A DNA stretch of 63,003 nucleotides, the filler included, from Sphacelaria rigidula (taxonomy: Eukaryota), in NCBI GenBank assembly GCA_964200075.2. It is 9 parts of 9 records of this genome, joined end to end, with 100 filler letters (N's around TTAATTAATTAA, not from the genome) between each part and the next. Parts side by side here need not be neighbours in the genome. Positions count along the whole stretch, not along the records: positions 28,049 to 34,959 come from CAXNAA020017449.1; positions 35,060 to 41,970 come from CAXNAA020017450.1; positions 42,071 to 48,981 come from CAXNAA020017451.1; 6 more parts are not named here. One strand, given 5' to 3'. The translations under genes and the position numbers were made by a program. Below are positions 30,052 to 44,312 of the stretch, piece after piece; position 1 is the stretch's first letter; each line of letters starts with the position of its first letter. The notes below the pieces were generated by a model. It saw only the letters and a program-made list of their open reading frames with translations. It had not been told where the DNA came from and ran no database searches.

Positions 30052-31996
30052 CCTTGCATGCACCTCCTTCGTTGATCAAAGTTGCGGTTGACCCTTCCTC
30101 CGAAACACGAACGCCCAGAAAAAATGGGTCGTCCGTCCATTCATCTTCATGTTCTGTATACGAGAGCACGAACACAGCCTTCACGGTCAACAGTCTTTCA
30201 TGAAAGCATATCGTTCTCATCACAACGAAAGTAAAACTTCCATACGGCTCGCCGTGCTGGCCAGGGCTATGCCATTGCCCACGTGATGCTTGGTGGTTGA
30301 TGAGGTTCTGATTGGTGATTTCGATGGGGGCCGGAAATTATTGTGCTGGTCTTCTGTGCGACTCTCAGTTGTCTCATATGTTTCATTGATTCTTCTTGTG
30401 TCGTCGCCGCTTCTTGAAGATTAGAACTTGATTCGTTGTACGGGAAGAATGAGGACAAGGACTAACTAAGAGCACGAGGAGGAGGAGGAGGAGGAGGAAG
30501 AAGAATACAAGTCAGGTGAAGTCGTGCAGCAGGGTCAGAGTGAACATGGCGCGAGGGGAACGGGTGGCAGTGGCCGTAAAACTAACAAGAAATCGTTTCA
30601 AGTTGTTCCGGAGTAAAGTACAAGAGGGTCGGTCCGGTGGAGCAGAAAGCTTTCGCACCTCCTGTAAGCCAGCGCATGAGACGATGTAGCCGAAAGGGCG
30701 CGGTTACCTTGCGACTGGCGAACTCTTATTAGTCGTACAATGCGTAGGATTGCGGGTGATCTATTCGAGACAAAGACCTCTTGTGTTACACACAACGTAT
30801 GAACGAACTGTGTACAAGAAGTAATGCATGGTACAACTCGCGCAACAACAGCCTTTTCTTCCTTTGCATTCACGAGCGAGAAACAACACAATGCAACGAT
30901 TTTCGACAAGGCTCGCACAGTCACTCCATGTGTACAGTCGACTAGATGCGTGGTATTCGACAGTAACAACCGCGGTTCAGGTAAGACTTTGCTCCTAGCT
31001 ACCGAAACCCTCTCGAGAAGCGGCCGGCCTTGAATACCACTGCCACCTATCTGTCGCAAATGAAGTTTTGCTGTTCACGCGTTCAAGCGCTGGAAAACAG
31101 TTCAAAGGGGTAGCAGCCAGTGGCCGCAAGTGTGCTGCACACAAGTTTGTTGTTCTTAGGAAGTGGCCGCGGGCCAGACGGGGGGGTGCCTTCGCCCCGC
31201 CAACCTCCGTCGACGTGCGTGATACTGATATACGTTTTTGTTTCCCCACACATGCTGCATTGAAACCCAAACGCTCGAATTCCGCTCCTGGAATGTTCCC
31301 CGCAACCTACGGGGCAAAGAGTGGAGACACACGAATTCACAAGAAAAACACCAGCAATTCGTTTTTTATCCGCTACAAAAAAGGGAAGGAGGGAGGGAGG
31401 GAGGGGAGGGGTCGTCATATCCGATCCTGAGATGCCATTGCTCGAGCAGCAGCAATGATGAGGCCTGGTCGCTCATGTGACATTTCGAAACGCAGTCAGT
31501 CGTTGGTCGTAAAACCTACTCAGCGTGGGAAAATCGGTGGACAGGATTGATTCCCTCGTGAGGTTGGCTGCAGAAACGCGCAGGTGAACTCGTGTATCCT
31601 CGCCGCGCATGTCAACCCTTGGCGCATTGCGACAGTTGGGCAGCATCTTCCTCTCGACTCCTCCTGTCGCCATGCATGGTTGGAGCGTTGATGGAAGAAT
31701 GACTCTGTCCCAACCGGCCGCAGAATCCACAAAGAATATTATGTTTTTGCAGCTCTTCGTGCTGAAGGATCTGGCCGGCAACACATGTGATGGTGCGTGC
31801 TTCCCCCCTAAGAGGGCAGAAGGAACAAAATGATTTCTGAGCGAACCATGGCATGTCATGGAAGTCGATTGGCGGGCACGGTATCCAGAGGCTGACAATG
31901 CTACGGAAGACCTTATTAGGGCATCTTGCTGGATTGCATGTCATAAAGTTGCCCTCCGTGTTCATTACACGACGAAGGGCAAGCTGGTCGCAAGTT

Positions 31997-33705
31997 TGGC
32001 GGGTTCGGTTGGGTTTGGTTAGCTTTTGATGCGACGATCAGGAGAGGGACAATCAATAGCAGTAAGGACATGTTTTTTTGTGGATCGACCTGGACAGACT
32101 ACTGGTAGTTCGGGTCCAACAAATTTATTGTGGACCCAAAAGAGGGAGAATCGCTACTATAAGTCCACGCACCGTGTGCGTAAGAATACTATACAGTACG
32201 TGGTTGTTGCTGAAACGGACCTTGAGCTTTTCAGCGTGACGAAAGTTCTCCAAAATAAAAGACACACCGACGGTGCCACGAAAAGTGCTGTTGCTGAAGC
32301 GGACAGAACCGACCTTGACCGTTTTAGCCCGACGAAATTTCGCTTGAAACCACACCGATGGTGCTGGAGGGCTCTCAGAAATTACACCGCCGTTGAAGGG
32401 GCATGATGGTGCTCGCGTGCGCGCAACTGTCTGTACTCGTAGGAGCAGCATGTATATGTGAAGTGCCTCTCACTCCGTCACGGTATATTTTTAGCCTGCG
32501 ATCAATTCGGAGAAGTCAACGCTGCCGGCTGCACGAAGGGTGCCTCCAATTTTCATTGAGGGGTAGCGGCGGAATTTGGGGAATATATAAAGAGTAATCT
32601 TGCAGCCTGAGAGCCAACCGTAGCCCGACTGTTACTGAGTGGCACACAACAGTACACTCAGTGAGTACTGTACAGTTTCTAAAGTAAGCCGGCGTGCCGT
32701 TGTCATTTTCCAACGATGTCCCCGTGCAAGCGACCACTGCACTGCGCCGCTCTTCCATTACATTTTTCTTCACATCAAGGCTCACCTATCTTCTCCTCTT
32801 TCCGGACACTTCATTTCGCTTGTGTGAATGTGAGTTCGGGCAACTTATATAGATAGTGTAGGTGACTGCATATACCACGTTTTTTGCTCCAGCAAAGTGT
32901 AGCATGGTATATCTTACCGCTCCGCTCCGATGCCTACCGAATGGAATAAGCTGTAGGACAGCATGATCGCGTCTCACCGCACAGCGTAGCACCGACTGTT
33001 GTGTAGTACCAGCATTGCTGGCTGGAGCAAAAAGTTGACACTCTGTCCTTGCAGTTGGTAAGGTGGTGCTCAACATGAGAGACACTGGCAGTACATTTTC
33101 TTGCAGATGAATGTCGGGAGGTTCGCTTGAACTGTACAGTTCGCATGAGGGTCGCTAGTGCAAGTCACCGGCATTTTGGTCACGGATATCTTCACAGATC
33201 GGAATTTTGACATTTGTATTGGTATAAGCAAAGGTGGGTTCTGAGTTGAGCGAACAGCTCACGGTCGAAACGTTGTATAAGAGTGTAATAACAATATCGA
33301 ATAGTATGTGTCTCAGAGAGTAGCGTAACCGTGCAGTGGCGATGACCACGACAATATTCTATGCCATCCACTTGGCATTGTTGCTCTCGGTACGAGTACT
33401 CGTGGAGGAAATTCATGCCCGATCACAAGACACTATGGAAGATAATAATAATATGTATGACCAACCTTATTCCCCCGTGCACCCACATCTATCTTTATCT
33501 CCACATCCCAGCTTCACTAACTACAAGCAATATACGAGGGTGCTAGAGCAGTACTAATTAGAGCCGTCAGCTGCTGAGATCGTAGTGTGGAAGAACCGTG
33601 TATGCTTGATTTTCGATTCAATCCGACCTGGGCTGGGTCCACAACGGAGGTTACATTCGTCAAAAGAAGTCAAAACCTTAACGAACCGACCTGAACCCGC
33701 GCAAA
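31997..33705. mobile_element. Possible ~1.7-kb non-autonomous TIR element
   Basis: TTGGCGGGTTCGGTTGGGTTTGGTTAGCTTTTGA is an imperfect reverse complement of TCAAAACCTTAACGAACCGACCTGAACCCGCGCAA; no TSD confirmed. Confidence 0.35.
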
Positions 33706-35368
33706 ACGCGGAGGAATGTAAAATTGGCCAGAGGGCGAGACGATGATTCCTCAGGTTTGCTTCAATCGCTCACCTCGTCGAGGAAAATGGGCTGTTTTCG
33801 AAGAGATCAAAGTTCGTGAAGAAAAGGAATTGCCCATCACGCACGGCGCAACTATATAGCTGTACAAATTACATACGAGATTTACAGCACTACAGATACA
33901 ACATATCCATGTACGGTGCAGCAACAGAGTGATACAGCCAGTACCGCTGTCCAACAATGGACAGGACAGCAGTACAGAGCTGCAGCTGAGATATGATAGA
34001 AAGCTCGAAGCGCCCACCCCACATGACTGCCGCGAGGCAGTCTAGCCGAGCGGTGATCGGCACACGATCCCGCTTGCGGGGTAAGCGTTGGCCAAAGGGT
34101 ATGACATTCTGACCATACCCTTTCTTTGGTGTTGGCTGAGGTTTTCCTCCTTCCTCCAATTAAAACTGCACGGTACGTGTAATCGTGCATACTTGTTGTA
34201 CTGTGCAAAACCATCGTATAGCACAGTCTGCGTTAGGGCAAGACGTACAGTAAGTACATAGATAGCTGTGGATAAAAGAAGACAGTAGAGCGACAGCTGT
34301 TGCTTCGTTCATCACCTGAACGTGGCAGATATTATGCGGGCGGGTGCCCCTCAAGGGTGGCAGCTGGTGCACCCTGTCCGCACTTATCTGGAGCGTGGAG
34401 GGTTCATCGGCAACTTCAAGAGCAGGTATACGGATGAGAAAACCTGGTTGCTAAACGAATGTTCCATCAGGGTATGGGCGGGTTTACAACAGTGACACAA
34501 TGCGGCAACATGTGCGATCACAACCCGATTCGCGGTTTGCGCGCGTCGTTCACCCATGCGGATAAAGTGCACCACTGTCCACCCGTGCTGCATTGGTATA
34601 TCAACTCGTCAACCTCTTCTCTGTGAGTCACGACAAACGGCTTCGGAATCTGTTTTCGTCGACACCAGTGGTCATGAAAACCTCCAGTAGACGTGAAGGA
34701 TCGGAGCGTAGCGGGATCTGCGGTACATTATGTGTATCGGGACGAATCATTACATGATGCAATGGATCCAGCTGTCGGATCACAGCGAAGCAGGAATCAG
34801 ATTCAGCACAGTCGAATAAGAATGGTCGGTGCTACATAGGAAGAGGAGAACGAGAGGCAGCTGCACAAGGACGTGAAAAAACAATATTAGTACGAGCTGG
34901 GCCAGCCCAGAAACAGATTTAACCTGGCAGAGCAATATCTCATCACCGGAAACGAATTGNNNNNNNNNNNNNNNNNNNNNNNNNNNNNNNNNNNNNNNNN
35001 NNNTTAATTAATTAANNNNNNNNNNNNNNNNNNNNNNNNNNNNNNNNNNNNNNNNNNNNTATTGTTCAGCGGCCAATCTCGAAACCTCGGAGCCAAGCGA
35101 ATCTGAAAAGTGGGCTAGGCTCCTCTCGGTGGGGTGATGAAAAGTGTCCGAGACGTATGTTGGCGATTTTCCCTGTTCGGAGGGTCAAAAAGTGGGTCCA
35201 ACGGCCGAACAGTGAACAATCCGTGGTCCAAAAATCTGTTTGCCATAACATCCGGCCCAAGTACTGAAAATGTTTCCGAACATTTGGACCCACCCATCCA
35301 CCCGTTTGTTCTCCAATGCGTGTGTGGACGACAACGATTCTCGAAATGGACAAAAAAAAAACGAGCAG

Positions 35369-38300
35369 GGGAGATCGTTCGGGAGACAACGCGGGATACG
35401 GAAGCAATCGCTCAGTACAAGACGATGCGAGAGACGTTGGTGTACCTGACTCACCTCAACAACGAGGACACTGAGACCATCATGTTGGAGAAACTCAGCA
35501 AACAGGTGGAGGTATGCACCGCGTACCTGCTTTTGTTGGAAAGACATGGTGTGTATCTATGTGTGTTGAGTGCTTTGGTTTGTTTTTCGTCTCTGGTCTG
35601 GAAAATGATACTTCGTAGTTGCATCTGTGCTCTTTTCTCAAGTCCATGTTGCTGGTGATTTTTTTTCGTTTTTTTCTCGTGTTCGGTTGGTTTGTTCGTG
35701 TCGCTGATGTTTTTGTCCGGTCATTGTATTTGAACAAAGAGGATTACCGCCCTCGCGCAAGAGGATCGGCTCGCGGGCTGAGCTGTCCATTTCGGCCCGA
35801 GTCAAAACAAGAAATGGCTGATGTGAAATGTTCCAACACACCCTGGACAAGGGAGTACACTGTCAAAAATTGTACCGCATACAGGGTAGACTGTTGCGTC
35901 TACTCCATGTGAAACAATATAATTCATACTATTCGCAGTATACTTCTTCACAGAGTTCTGTGTTGTCCAGGGTGTGGGAAATGAGAAAATGCGTCCTTCA
36001 TCACTCCCTTTAGTGTGACTGACTCTGGTGTCCCTTCGTCTAGCAAACCTCAGGGAGAAAAATAAAAGTCAATACGCGATCGTGACGAAAGCGGCGCCGA
36101 ATCTTCGTTCCTGGGCCTGCGTGACCCATGTGACCCACGAGTATCGCCTCAGCAATGATTGTTGTCTGTATTCATATACCCTTAGCGCCGTCTAAAAATC
36201 GGCATCGAAGTGAAGTCAAGAGAACTCAAATAATCTCTCTCTATTTATCTGTCTGTCTCTGTCTCTGTCTCTGTCCTTGTCTCTTTTCATGTCTCTCTGA
36301 TCACGCACGCTTGATGCCTTTGCTGCACCTTTTTCCCTAGGAGGGGGTGTTTTAACATCGAACAATATTGTTATGACTAGCATAACGCACCCCCGAGTTA
36401 CACCGTATAACTCGGCGGTACCTTTTTCCACAGGATGAGTTATACGGTATAAGTCAGTTTTGCCTTTTTCCGTGAGCTTCGTCATAGGATATAACTCAGC
36501 GTTGCCTATTTGCACTGAACGAGATACGGCATAACTCAGCAGTATCTTCGTATATTGGACGAGTTGTATCACATAACTGGTTCAAGTTATGATTTGTTCG
36601 GCGTGTGCAACTTCCCTGGAACAATACGGTTTACTGCAGGTTACGGGGAGCCAGTTCTCATGGAACAGTCTGAACACTCTTTGCTGGGCGATTGGCAGCA
36701 TTAGCGGGGCCATGAACGAGGAGGAGGAGAAGCGGTTCTTGGTGACTGTCATTAAGGTGGACGACAACACATATATATATATATATATATATGCATAAGT
36801 GATTCGTGCTCCGAAGATGGTATTTTGATTGACCTTGTTTTTTTTTCATTCTCTTTCGCACTTTCACTGATCCCCAACGTATCCAGCCGTAATGATACGA
36901 TAGACATACCCCGAGACAACGCAACACTGAAATTATTGCTGGAAAAATATGGTATAGTGCAAGCAAAAAATTACTGGCGTTCACAGTGAGGCTCAGGCTT
37001 GTTGAAGTGGATTGCCACCTATTCGGCGGAGGAGTGATGGTGCAAGCTCGCTATCAGCTACCATAGAATAGGTTGTACTCATGATTATGCATGCCGTAGT
37101 CGTAAGACCATTGACCTCGCATCCCTACAAAGCCAGGACAGAGCAGTCTTGCACTCAATCACCAAGCGCGAATTGCCGTGGTGTGCTCGTCGAGTCGCAT
37201 GGGTAAGCTGCATCCTGCTAAAAAATTTCGACCCGAAGCCTGCAGACTACCTTGCATTTGGATCAGAGCAAACAATGAGTTGCTTCATTTTTTGGTATCG
37301 CCACCTCCGGAGATAGCCACGTCTTTTGCACTGCCTCATGGGTGTCTCACCACCAACAAGTACGGGGGGGGGGGGGGGGGCCTAAAAAAACGACCGCCGG
37401 GGGGGGGGGACGCCAGGGGGTGGGAGGGGAGGATGGGCGGGGGGGNNNNNNNNNNCCCCCCCGGGGGGGCGCCTTCGCGTTGCCTGGGCCGCCGGGGGGC
37501 ACCAAGCGGAGGGGGGGGGGGGGGGGGGGGGGGGGCTCTTCAAAAACGACCGTCTTGAGGTGGGGACGCCACTGCGTTGAAGTGTAGGATTGACGGGCGG
37601 GCGGACATGGCTATACGGCAGTTTGAGTGTTGTCTATCCTGCCTGAACAAAATATGGCCAATAGTTGCGATATACAAAAAAAAAGTACTACGTGAAGTGT
37701 AGGCCTATTGCAACTACTGTTGGTGGAGAATAGTTGCGACAGGCTTGCCAACAGTAGTTGCAATAGGTCTATATGTCACGCAGTGCTTTTGTGTATACTG
37801 CAACTATTGACCATATACTGTCCAAGGTGTGAAGTGTTGTGATATTCCTACGCTTGCGACGGTATGCTGCACGAGTGGTGGTGCCGACTCTGTGCTTGGG
37901 TGTCCAACAGTTTTTAGCTGTAATGGGGGGCATTTCTGTAATTTTTCGTAGTCGGCGATTTTCGGAAGTGTTTTCGCCTGCCACCGCTCATCTGAGTGAA
38001 CGTTTGATCCCGAAGTTTGGGGATCTGCAGACACGGGGCATCCGCTCCACATTCCGAAACGAAATCATCTCAGCACTCAGGAATGAATGAGTTGGAGGCT
38101 AATCGGTATTCGGGGGGGTTCGACCTTTGGTTGTTCTTGCTCTCGATTGAAGCAATCCTGTTCCAGTGAACAAATGAAAATTATTTTTTTACCCAATCAC
38201 TGCGCTAGACCCGCAATTCTGTGTGTTTTGGACCATTGACGGCCGATAACATTCCACTGATGAACGGGGTATCTACTCCATATTAACCTGACAACAGCAG

Positions 38301-40293
38301 TTAAAGATTGTGTCCTGAGCACGATCTGCTTATTTTCCTAACATCTACCGACGCTAGGATTTTCGAGTGCTAAGCCAGAACACCGCACGAGAGACCTCAG
38401 GAAAGTTCTCAAAAACGAAATTGCTTAACCGAGCTTGGCATACATCGTACTGGGGGGGAGGTGAGACATCCCAACCGCTCTTGTAAATTGTATTACATAC
38501 CTTTTTGTTACATTTTCACCTGTTCATGTCGCTAGAGCCGATAATAATTGTGTTTAGGACCAAAAATGACCGACAACACCCCCCTTTCAGTCCAGCCCGT
38601 AAGTCGTTCAATATTGAGCGCAGAAATGATTTTTGTTTTGCAAATGTTGAGCGGATGCCTGTTATGTCCAGGTCCCCCAACTTTGGGATCAAGTGTTCAC
38701 TGGGATGGGCGGTGGCACGCGAAAGAACTACTGAAAATCGCTGACTACGAACAAATTACTAAGTCCTCTATTTCAGCTGAAAACTACTAAACTCGGGTTT
38801 GTTTTGTTTCCGCGTTTTTTGTTGCAATTGTCGTGGAGCTTCCTTGCTTGGCCGAGATGAACTCTGGAACTGTACTTACTGTACTCATATTGAACATTTA
38901 TTCGGAAGTGATCCTTTCGAGTATGTGCATATGCCGATGCCGATGCGAACGTTCGTGACGTCATGTTCACGTGTGAACGGTCCGTTCAGTCAAGATTCCA
39001 AGATCTTCATCGTGATCCATGCTTGGCTTGAAAAAAACAAGAAAACGCCGTGTACATGACCGAATAGTGTTGTTTATTTTCACTAGTTTATTCTTATCCT
39101 GTGATAGAGAAGAACAAAAATGCGGCCGAGAAGTATTCATCGAGCGACCAACCGACGTGACCAGCGAGGAAGACATTTTCGTTTTTTTCTCCACCTCGTT
39201 TACCGCAAGCGTGGGTCTCATGTATATATATATATATATATATATTTCCCGAAGGAAAACCTCACCCAACACGGACCCCGCGAGCGGGTTCATGCGCCAA
39301 CTACCCGGAGTCTCGGCTAGGCCACCGTGTGGCGGCATCCTCGAGCGTTCGGAAAGCTTTGGTCAAAGCAAAGTTAGAGTTGAACCCAGATAAGCACCTT
39401 GCCAACTTGGCGCCATGCATGCGCCACCCTTATCATATGAACTTCGGCCGTAGTGGGCCTTACTCTTGTTTTTGGAGAGAAATATGGTGATGATACACAT
39501 CCAGCAGATGGCCCATCCTGGTGGACGAAAAGTTACTTTTGGTCTCGTTTCTTCCCCTTAATTTTTTTATTTATGGATATTACTTGATTTGCGGTGAAAT
39601 TGGTGCTATCTGGGATGCAGGAAGTATTTTCTTGTTTTGGTGCCGCACGCGCCGTGCCGCAACGCATTTTCGCCCAAACCGGCGCCTGAGCTCCGATTCG
39701 AGCATGTAGAGGACGTATGCACTGTGCCTACATAACTACATGCTTTGAATTTCAAGTGTACAAAAGTTCACTTTGCTCGGGCGTTCACGATCCGTCGTCG
39801 TTTGGGTTAGAGTGGGGGTTTCCATGGCCAACATGTACTTGTGTTGGCCTGTGTGAAGATCCAAAAGGCGCCTGAGATTATATGTAAGTCGTATTCCACA
39901 AGATCAGAAGGAAAAAAAAAGAAGTGAATAGTGCGTGATTTCAGTGCAGCGGCATCATCAGCAAATTCCTGAGCTGTATAGTAGTACTATCAATCGCTTC
40001 TGACGGTCATTTCCATGTTCTTTTTTTCAGTTCCAACAAGACGTTTTTAATCCAATACTGTCTTTTTGTATGTGTAGGATTTGCTGAACCTGTGCGAGAT
40101 GAAGAGGGGAAAGGACAACAAGGCCGTCGTCGCGTCGAACATCATGTACGTGGTGGGACAGTACCCGCGGTTCTTGAAGGCGCACTGGAAGTTCCTGCGG
40201 ACTGTAGTGAACAAGTTGTTCGAGTTCATGCACGAGCTGCATCCCGGGGTGCAAGATATGGCGTGTGACACCTTCCTCAAGATAGCGCAAAAG
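35369..40293 (+). CDS. XPO1: Exportin-1 (CRM1), internal part; 3 exons, partial at both ends
   Basis: Exons 35369-35505, 36640-36756, 40078-40293 splice in frame to GEIVRE...[14 protein letters not shown]...[116 protein letters not shown]. Confidence 0.97.
36395..36579. repeat. 42-bp minisatellite (5 degenerate units) with palindromic core GAGTTATA-CGG-TATAACTC
   Basis: Cores end at 36413, 36455, 36497, 36537, 36579; the intervening sequences resemble each other. Confidence 0.75.
37075..37352 (-). mobile_element. Family A repeat copy in XPO1 intron
   Basis: Colinear with 8260-8567, same 5' end; a long G-run follows at 37364. Confidence 0.75.
37700..37771. repeat. Hairpin with 24-bp arms (1 mismatch)
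   Basis: TAGGCCTATTGCAACTACTGTTGG / CCAACAGTAGTTGCAATAGGTCTA. Confidence 0.85.
37910..38790. mobile_element. Foldback/long-TIR element with ~200-bp imperfect inverted arms in XPO1 intron
   Basis: 37935-38120 is an imperfect reverse complement of 38575-38760 (e.g. TTGATCCCGAAGTTTGGGGA / TCCCCAACTTTGGGATCAA). Confidence 0.7.
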
Positions 40294-41084
40294 GTGCGTG
40301 CGTCGTGTGTTAGTGTGTAGTTGGGCGATGCGGAGATGTGCCGAATCTCGTATGGCCGATGTATTGATTTTCGCACGGCAATTCCTGTGGAGCTCCAAGT
40401 ATGCATGTAGTCTGACGATTGCGAACTCGCCACCTTTTTTTTCATCAGACACATTTGCCCTGATGTAGTTAGGTCAGACCTGCTGCGCACCCACCCGTGG
40501 AAGCGTCGAAAATGGCACTCGGGATTGGATCACATGTGCACAAGGACGAACCGTCAGTACAGACAGCTGCTGCCGCTGCTGCGCCTGATGCTGAACAACA
40601 AGAATAAAGCAGTCATTAGCAAGACACCGTAAGTCAGGGGTGTCCTCCCAGCATTCAGCCGTCATCAGCGCCCATACCGTGGTGCACACACTGTAAAGTA
40701 GCAATATTGAAGACCAAGACACAGCACGAGTGTAAGTGGCGTTGTTGCTGTACCGTTCTGGTTGCATTGGTCCTGTACTGTGCTGGTGAGGCCGCGAGCT
40801 GCAGCTGTCTATGATTAAAGGTTTGAGTCATCCTACTAAAGGGAGGGGAGGGGGGGTATTCTGGACCACTTCTTGCACGAAATTTCAAGTCAAATCCTCA
40901 TTGAAAGCAGCAAACAGATGTTCGAACGAGCCTGGTAAAGATGAATAACGTTCATTCGTACTGCTTAACACCGTTTTAACCAAATACAAGCGCACCGCGA
41001 GTGTGGCAGGTCGTTTGAGACACGTATGAACCCCTTTCTTCGTGCAATTAAATACCCCCTTTCCCCCCTATCGTAAAATGACTC

Positions 41085-41413
41085 TTGACTTTGATTCACA
41101 TTTATTTGGTCGCTTGTTTTCGCCAATGTCATGTGGAGCTTTAACATCAACCCCCAGCTTGCTGAAGGTTATGCTTTCTTCCGACGCCAAGCACAACATT
41201 TCTACACCACATATATTCCATAGACACGCACATGCTGTTGTCTACGCTGTCTACTGCCTCATCCTCTATGCATAGATGGTGGAGCCGCAGAGGGCATGGC
41301 GAAAACAAGCGACCGAATAAATGTGAATCGAAAGTAAGATATGAAATCATAGATAAATGCAGCTAACGGCCTCACCAGCACGGCTGGGGGTTGATATACA
41401 AGGCTCCACATGA
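41085..41413. repeat. Rearranged inverted repeats
   Basis: 41085-41127 pairs with 41296-41340 and 41128-41158 pairs with 41383-41413. Confidence 0.65.
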
Positions 41414-44312
41414 CTCGCAGCACGAGCACCTATTCAAAGGGTGTGTTAAATAGGGTTAAATACCCGGGCATTGACTCTCCCGGATTTTGTGTTATGATGA
41501 TCTGATTTTCAAACTCTCCCCAAATACTGGTAGAATTAGGTAGGATCACATGACTCTACCCAACATTTTCGAGTACGATCTGAATACTTTTCCCAAGTTT
41601 TGGGTGGTGGGAGTATGATTTTTTTTAAAACCCAAACGTGGGAAATACCCTACGCAACACGACGTTGCACTATTTATTTTTATTCCATGACCAAAGCAAA
41701 CATGCATGCCACCCGATGTGGACAGGAAGTGACCGCTGGATGCTGCAAGTCGAAAGAGAGATAACACGGTCCTCCTCGTCTTGTTCACGTGTGACGAAAC
41801 AGAGTCAACCCTTTTGGAACCGTTGATGGAAAACTGAGGATTTACAACTGAGGTTTTTCCCACAATAAATGGTTATTTTATGAGCTAACGATTCGCTCAA
41901 AGTGTGTTTTTCAGACCCGTGCGAATGGAACGTGGAAGAAAAGAAGGTTCGAAGGTTTTCTATTTTGCGGNNNNNNNNNNNNNNNNNNNNNNNNNNNNNN
42001 NNNNNNNNNNNNNNTTAATTAATTAANNNNNNNNNNNNNNNNNNNNNNNNNNNNNNNNNNNNNNNNNNNNCTGGTTATCTTGCATTCGGATGACAGCCTC
42101 TCATGAGTTGCTTTATTGTCTGGTATCGCCACTTCCAGAGACACTGGGGGTGGGGGGGGTGGGGGGGCTTACTCATTTGTTGCTTGCCTTAGTTGTTTGA
42201 CCATTGACCACGCATCCTGCATCCCTGGCGTACTGAGGGGAGGGGGGGGTGCTCTCACGATCTTCCACGCCGAAGTAATGATAACATGTGGAGAGGAAAG
42301 GGGGGCAGCGAGGGAGGGGTACACTCCTAGTCATCACTTTTTCGCTTTTTTTTTGTCTACAAATATGAAGTACACTTGAAACAAAAAGATTAGTTGTTGA
42401 ACTTCATTTGCCGGGGGGGGTTTTGTGTCTCGCGTTTTTTTCTTTTCCTTCTTTCTTTCTTTTCGCGCAGCGTCTGTTGAACTAATCATGAGTAGAAAGA
42501 CGTGGTGAGAAAAAACGACTTTGACATTCCTTTTTTCTTGGAGTCTATTCTGCTTCGTCTATTCCACCTTTTATCGGGGGGTTTTCTCCACCTTTGTTCA
42601 GCGGGTACTCTTCTTTTTCTTTCATCATCTCTCCGGTACGAACGTCAATCGTGTGGATTATGACAACGGCTGAATCATGACTACCTCGGGGATCAGCTGA
42701 ATGGTGCGGCAATCAATGGAAGCCAATCAACCTCAGAGCGAATGATTACAAGTTTACCTTTGGTTCTTCATTCACTACCAGTGTTAGTTCCTTTTCGAAA
42801 ATATGGAAGCTTTAATCACGGTGAGGTGTGCGTTCTACTAGTTGAAGTCATGTTCCGCAATTTCAATTATCTCGAGCTCAGACAGGAGGTCATCGTGGTA
42901 AGAGGGTTGGGCACTGTTAGCTTCAACAGCTCGCTTCACGGGTGATGCCGCACATGGGAGAAAGCTGCACAACGCATGACATTCATCACAGCACATGTTG
43001 CAAGCTTTTTTTGGTGAAAATATTCATGTATCCACTAGAACAGGGCGAGTTGGTGCAGGGTTCTCTAGATGCGGGTCCCTCTCTGTGCGTATCGGTCTTG
43101 AAACACACATCCTCGTCTCTTGTACATCAAATATGCTGTTTGCTGCTATGTGTTCGACACAGCGTACCAACCGCGACGTTACGCCTTCGGTGGTACTACC
43201 TGCTCACCGCACAGCGGCAGGGTGCAGGGTGACAAAGCACACCACAGAACACCACACCCTCAGCCTACCCCTGTGCTGCATTGATTTCGCGCTGTCCTAT
43301 GCAGTTTGCCACTTCATGCACGCAACCGCTTGTGTCTGCGGTCCACATGCACGCGGGAGATCATATGGTCAAGCTCTCCGTGTTGTAGCTACAGCGTGCG
43401 TTTGCTCCAGGTTGCGCATGCAGGAATAAAAGGCCGTCTCTGCTGCTGTCATGGCTGCCTGTACCTTGGGCGAAGCTGTCTGGTAACACAGCCGCTATGC
43501 CGCGAAAGCCGCCTGTAGCATTTGATACCCTGGAAATTTTTACACACTGTTGTTGTCCCGAAGTGTAGCGTTGCAGCTACTGACTTGAAGTACGAGCATT
43601 ACACGAATTATAGTCGGCAATATATTCTATACTGTGTGCAGTACACTTCTAACACGGTGTTCATAGTGACTGTAGAATCTTCGTCCAAGGGCTGGGACAT
43701 TTCAACATAATGCAGGATCTGATACATTATCACATATAATCTGGAGCGGTGAGATGGTGGGAAAATCCACTACATCTGGGCGAACTGCAGGTGAGGCAAT
43801 CGCCAAAATATTGCCATGTGAGCTCTGCAGCAGTGCACTGTAAGTTGATATCGCTAGAGGGGCACTACCATCACTACCTTGCCGGCTGCCAGACTGTCAG
43901 GATCGTGTATCCACTAGCATCGCTACTGTCTGTGCGGGCATGCTGCCCACTTGTCGGGTACGTGGGGCAGGGTGCATGGCAGAACGCAGCGGTCGCGTGA
44001 GATAGGCTTAACCTTGACGTGTCGAGCTTTTCAGACCGGCAAACGTTCAGCCTGAACCCTCACATATATGGTGGAGCCTACATGCTGTTTATTTTCTAGT
44101 TTTCTGCGAGCGATCATCCGTAACTGGGCGAAGATTGACGATGACGCCTGAAGGATCCGTGCGGTCCGCGAGCCTGACGGCAAATTGTACATACTATATT
44201 CGTCATGAGACAGGAGGTGGTGGAAAAACAAAGAATCTGATGAGAATGGTATCCCCCGTTTCAATGCAGATCGGGCCATCAGAGCCTTGTGCAGCCAAGG
44301 CCGCGGCTCCGA

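Noticed and set aside
30550..31950. Very decayed Copia gag remnant (YSRLDAWYSTVTTAVQVRL-like)
   Set aside because: Similarity is too fragmentary to support without a search.
36395..36579. CRISPR array (palindromic repeat plus spacer)
   Set aside because: Repeats are degenerate, spacers resemble each other, it lies in a spliceosomal intron, and there are no cas genes.
37364..37535. G-quadruplex regulatory element or Gly-rich ORFs (also 48416-48571, 55903-55931)
   Set aside because: Homopolymer runs next to N gaps or contig ends, where sequence is unreliable; better explained as the C/G runs associated with repeat families A and B.
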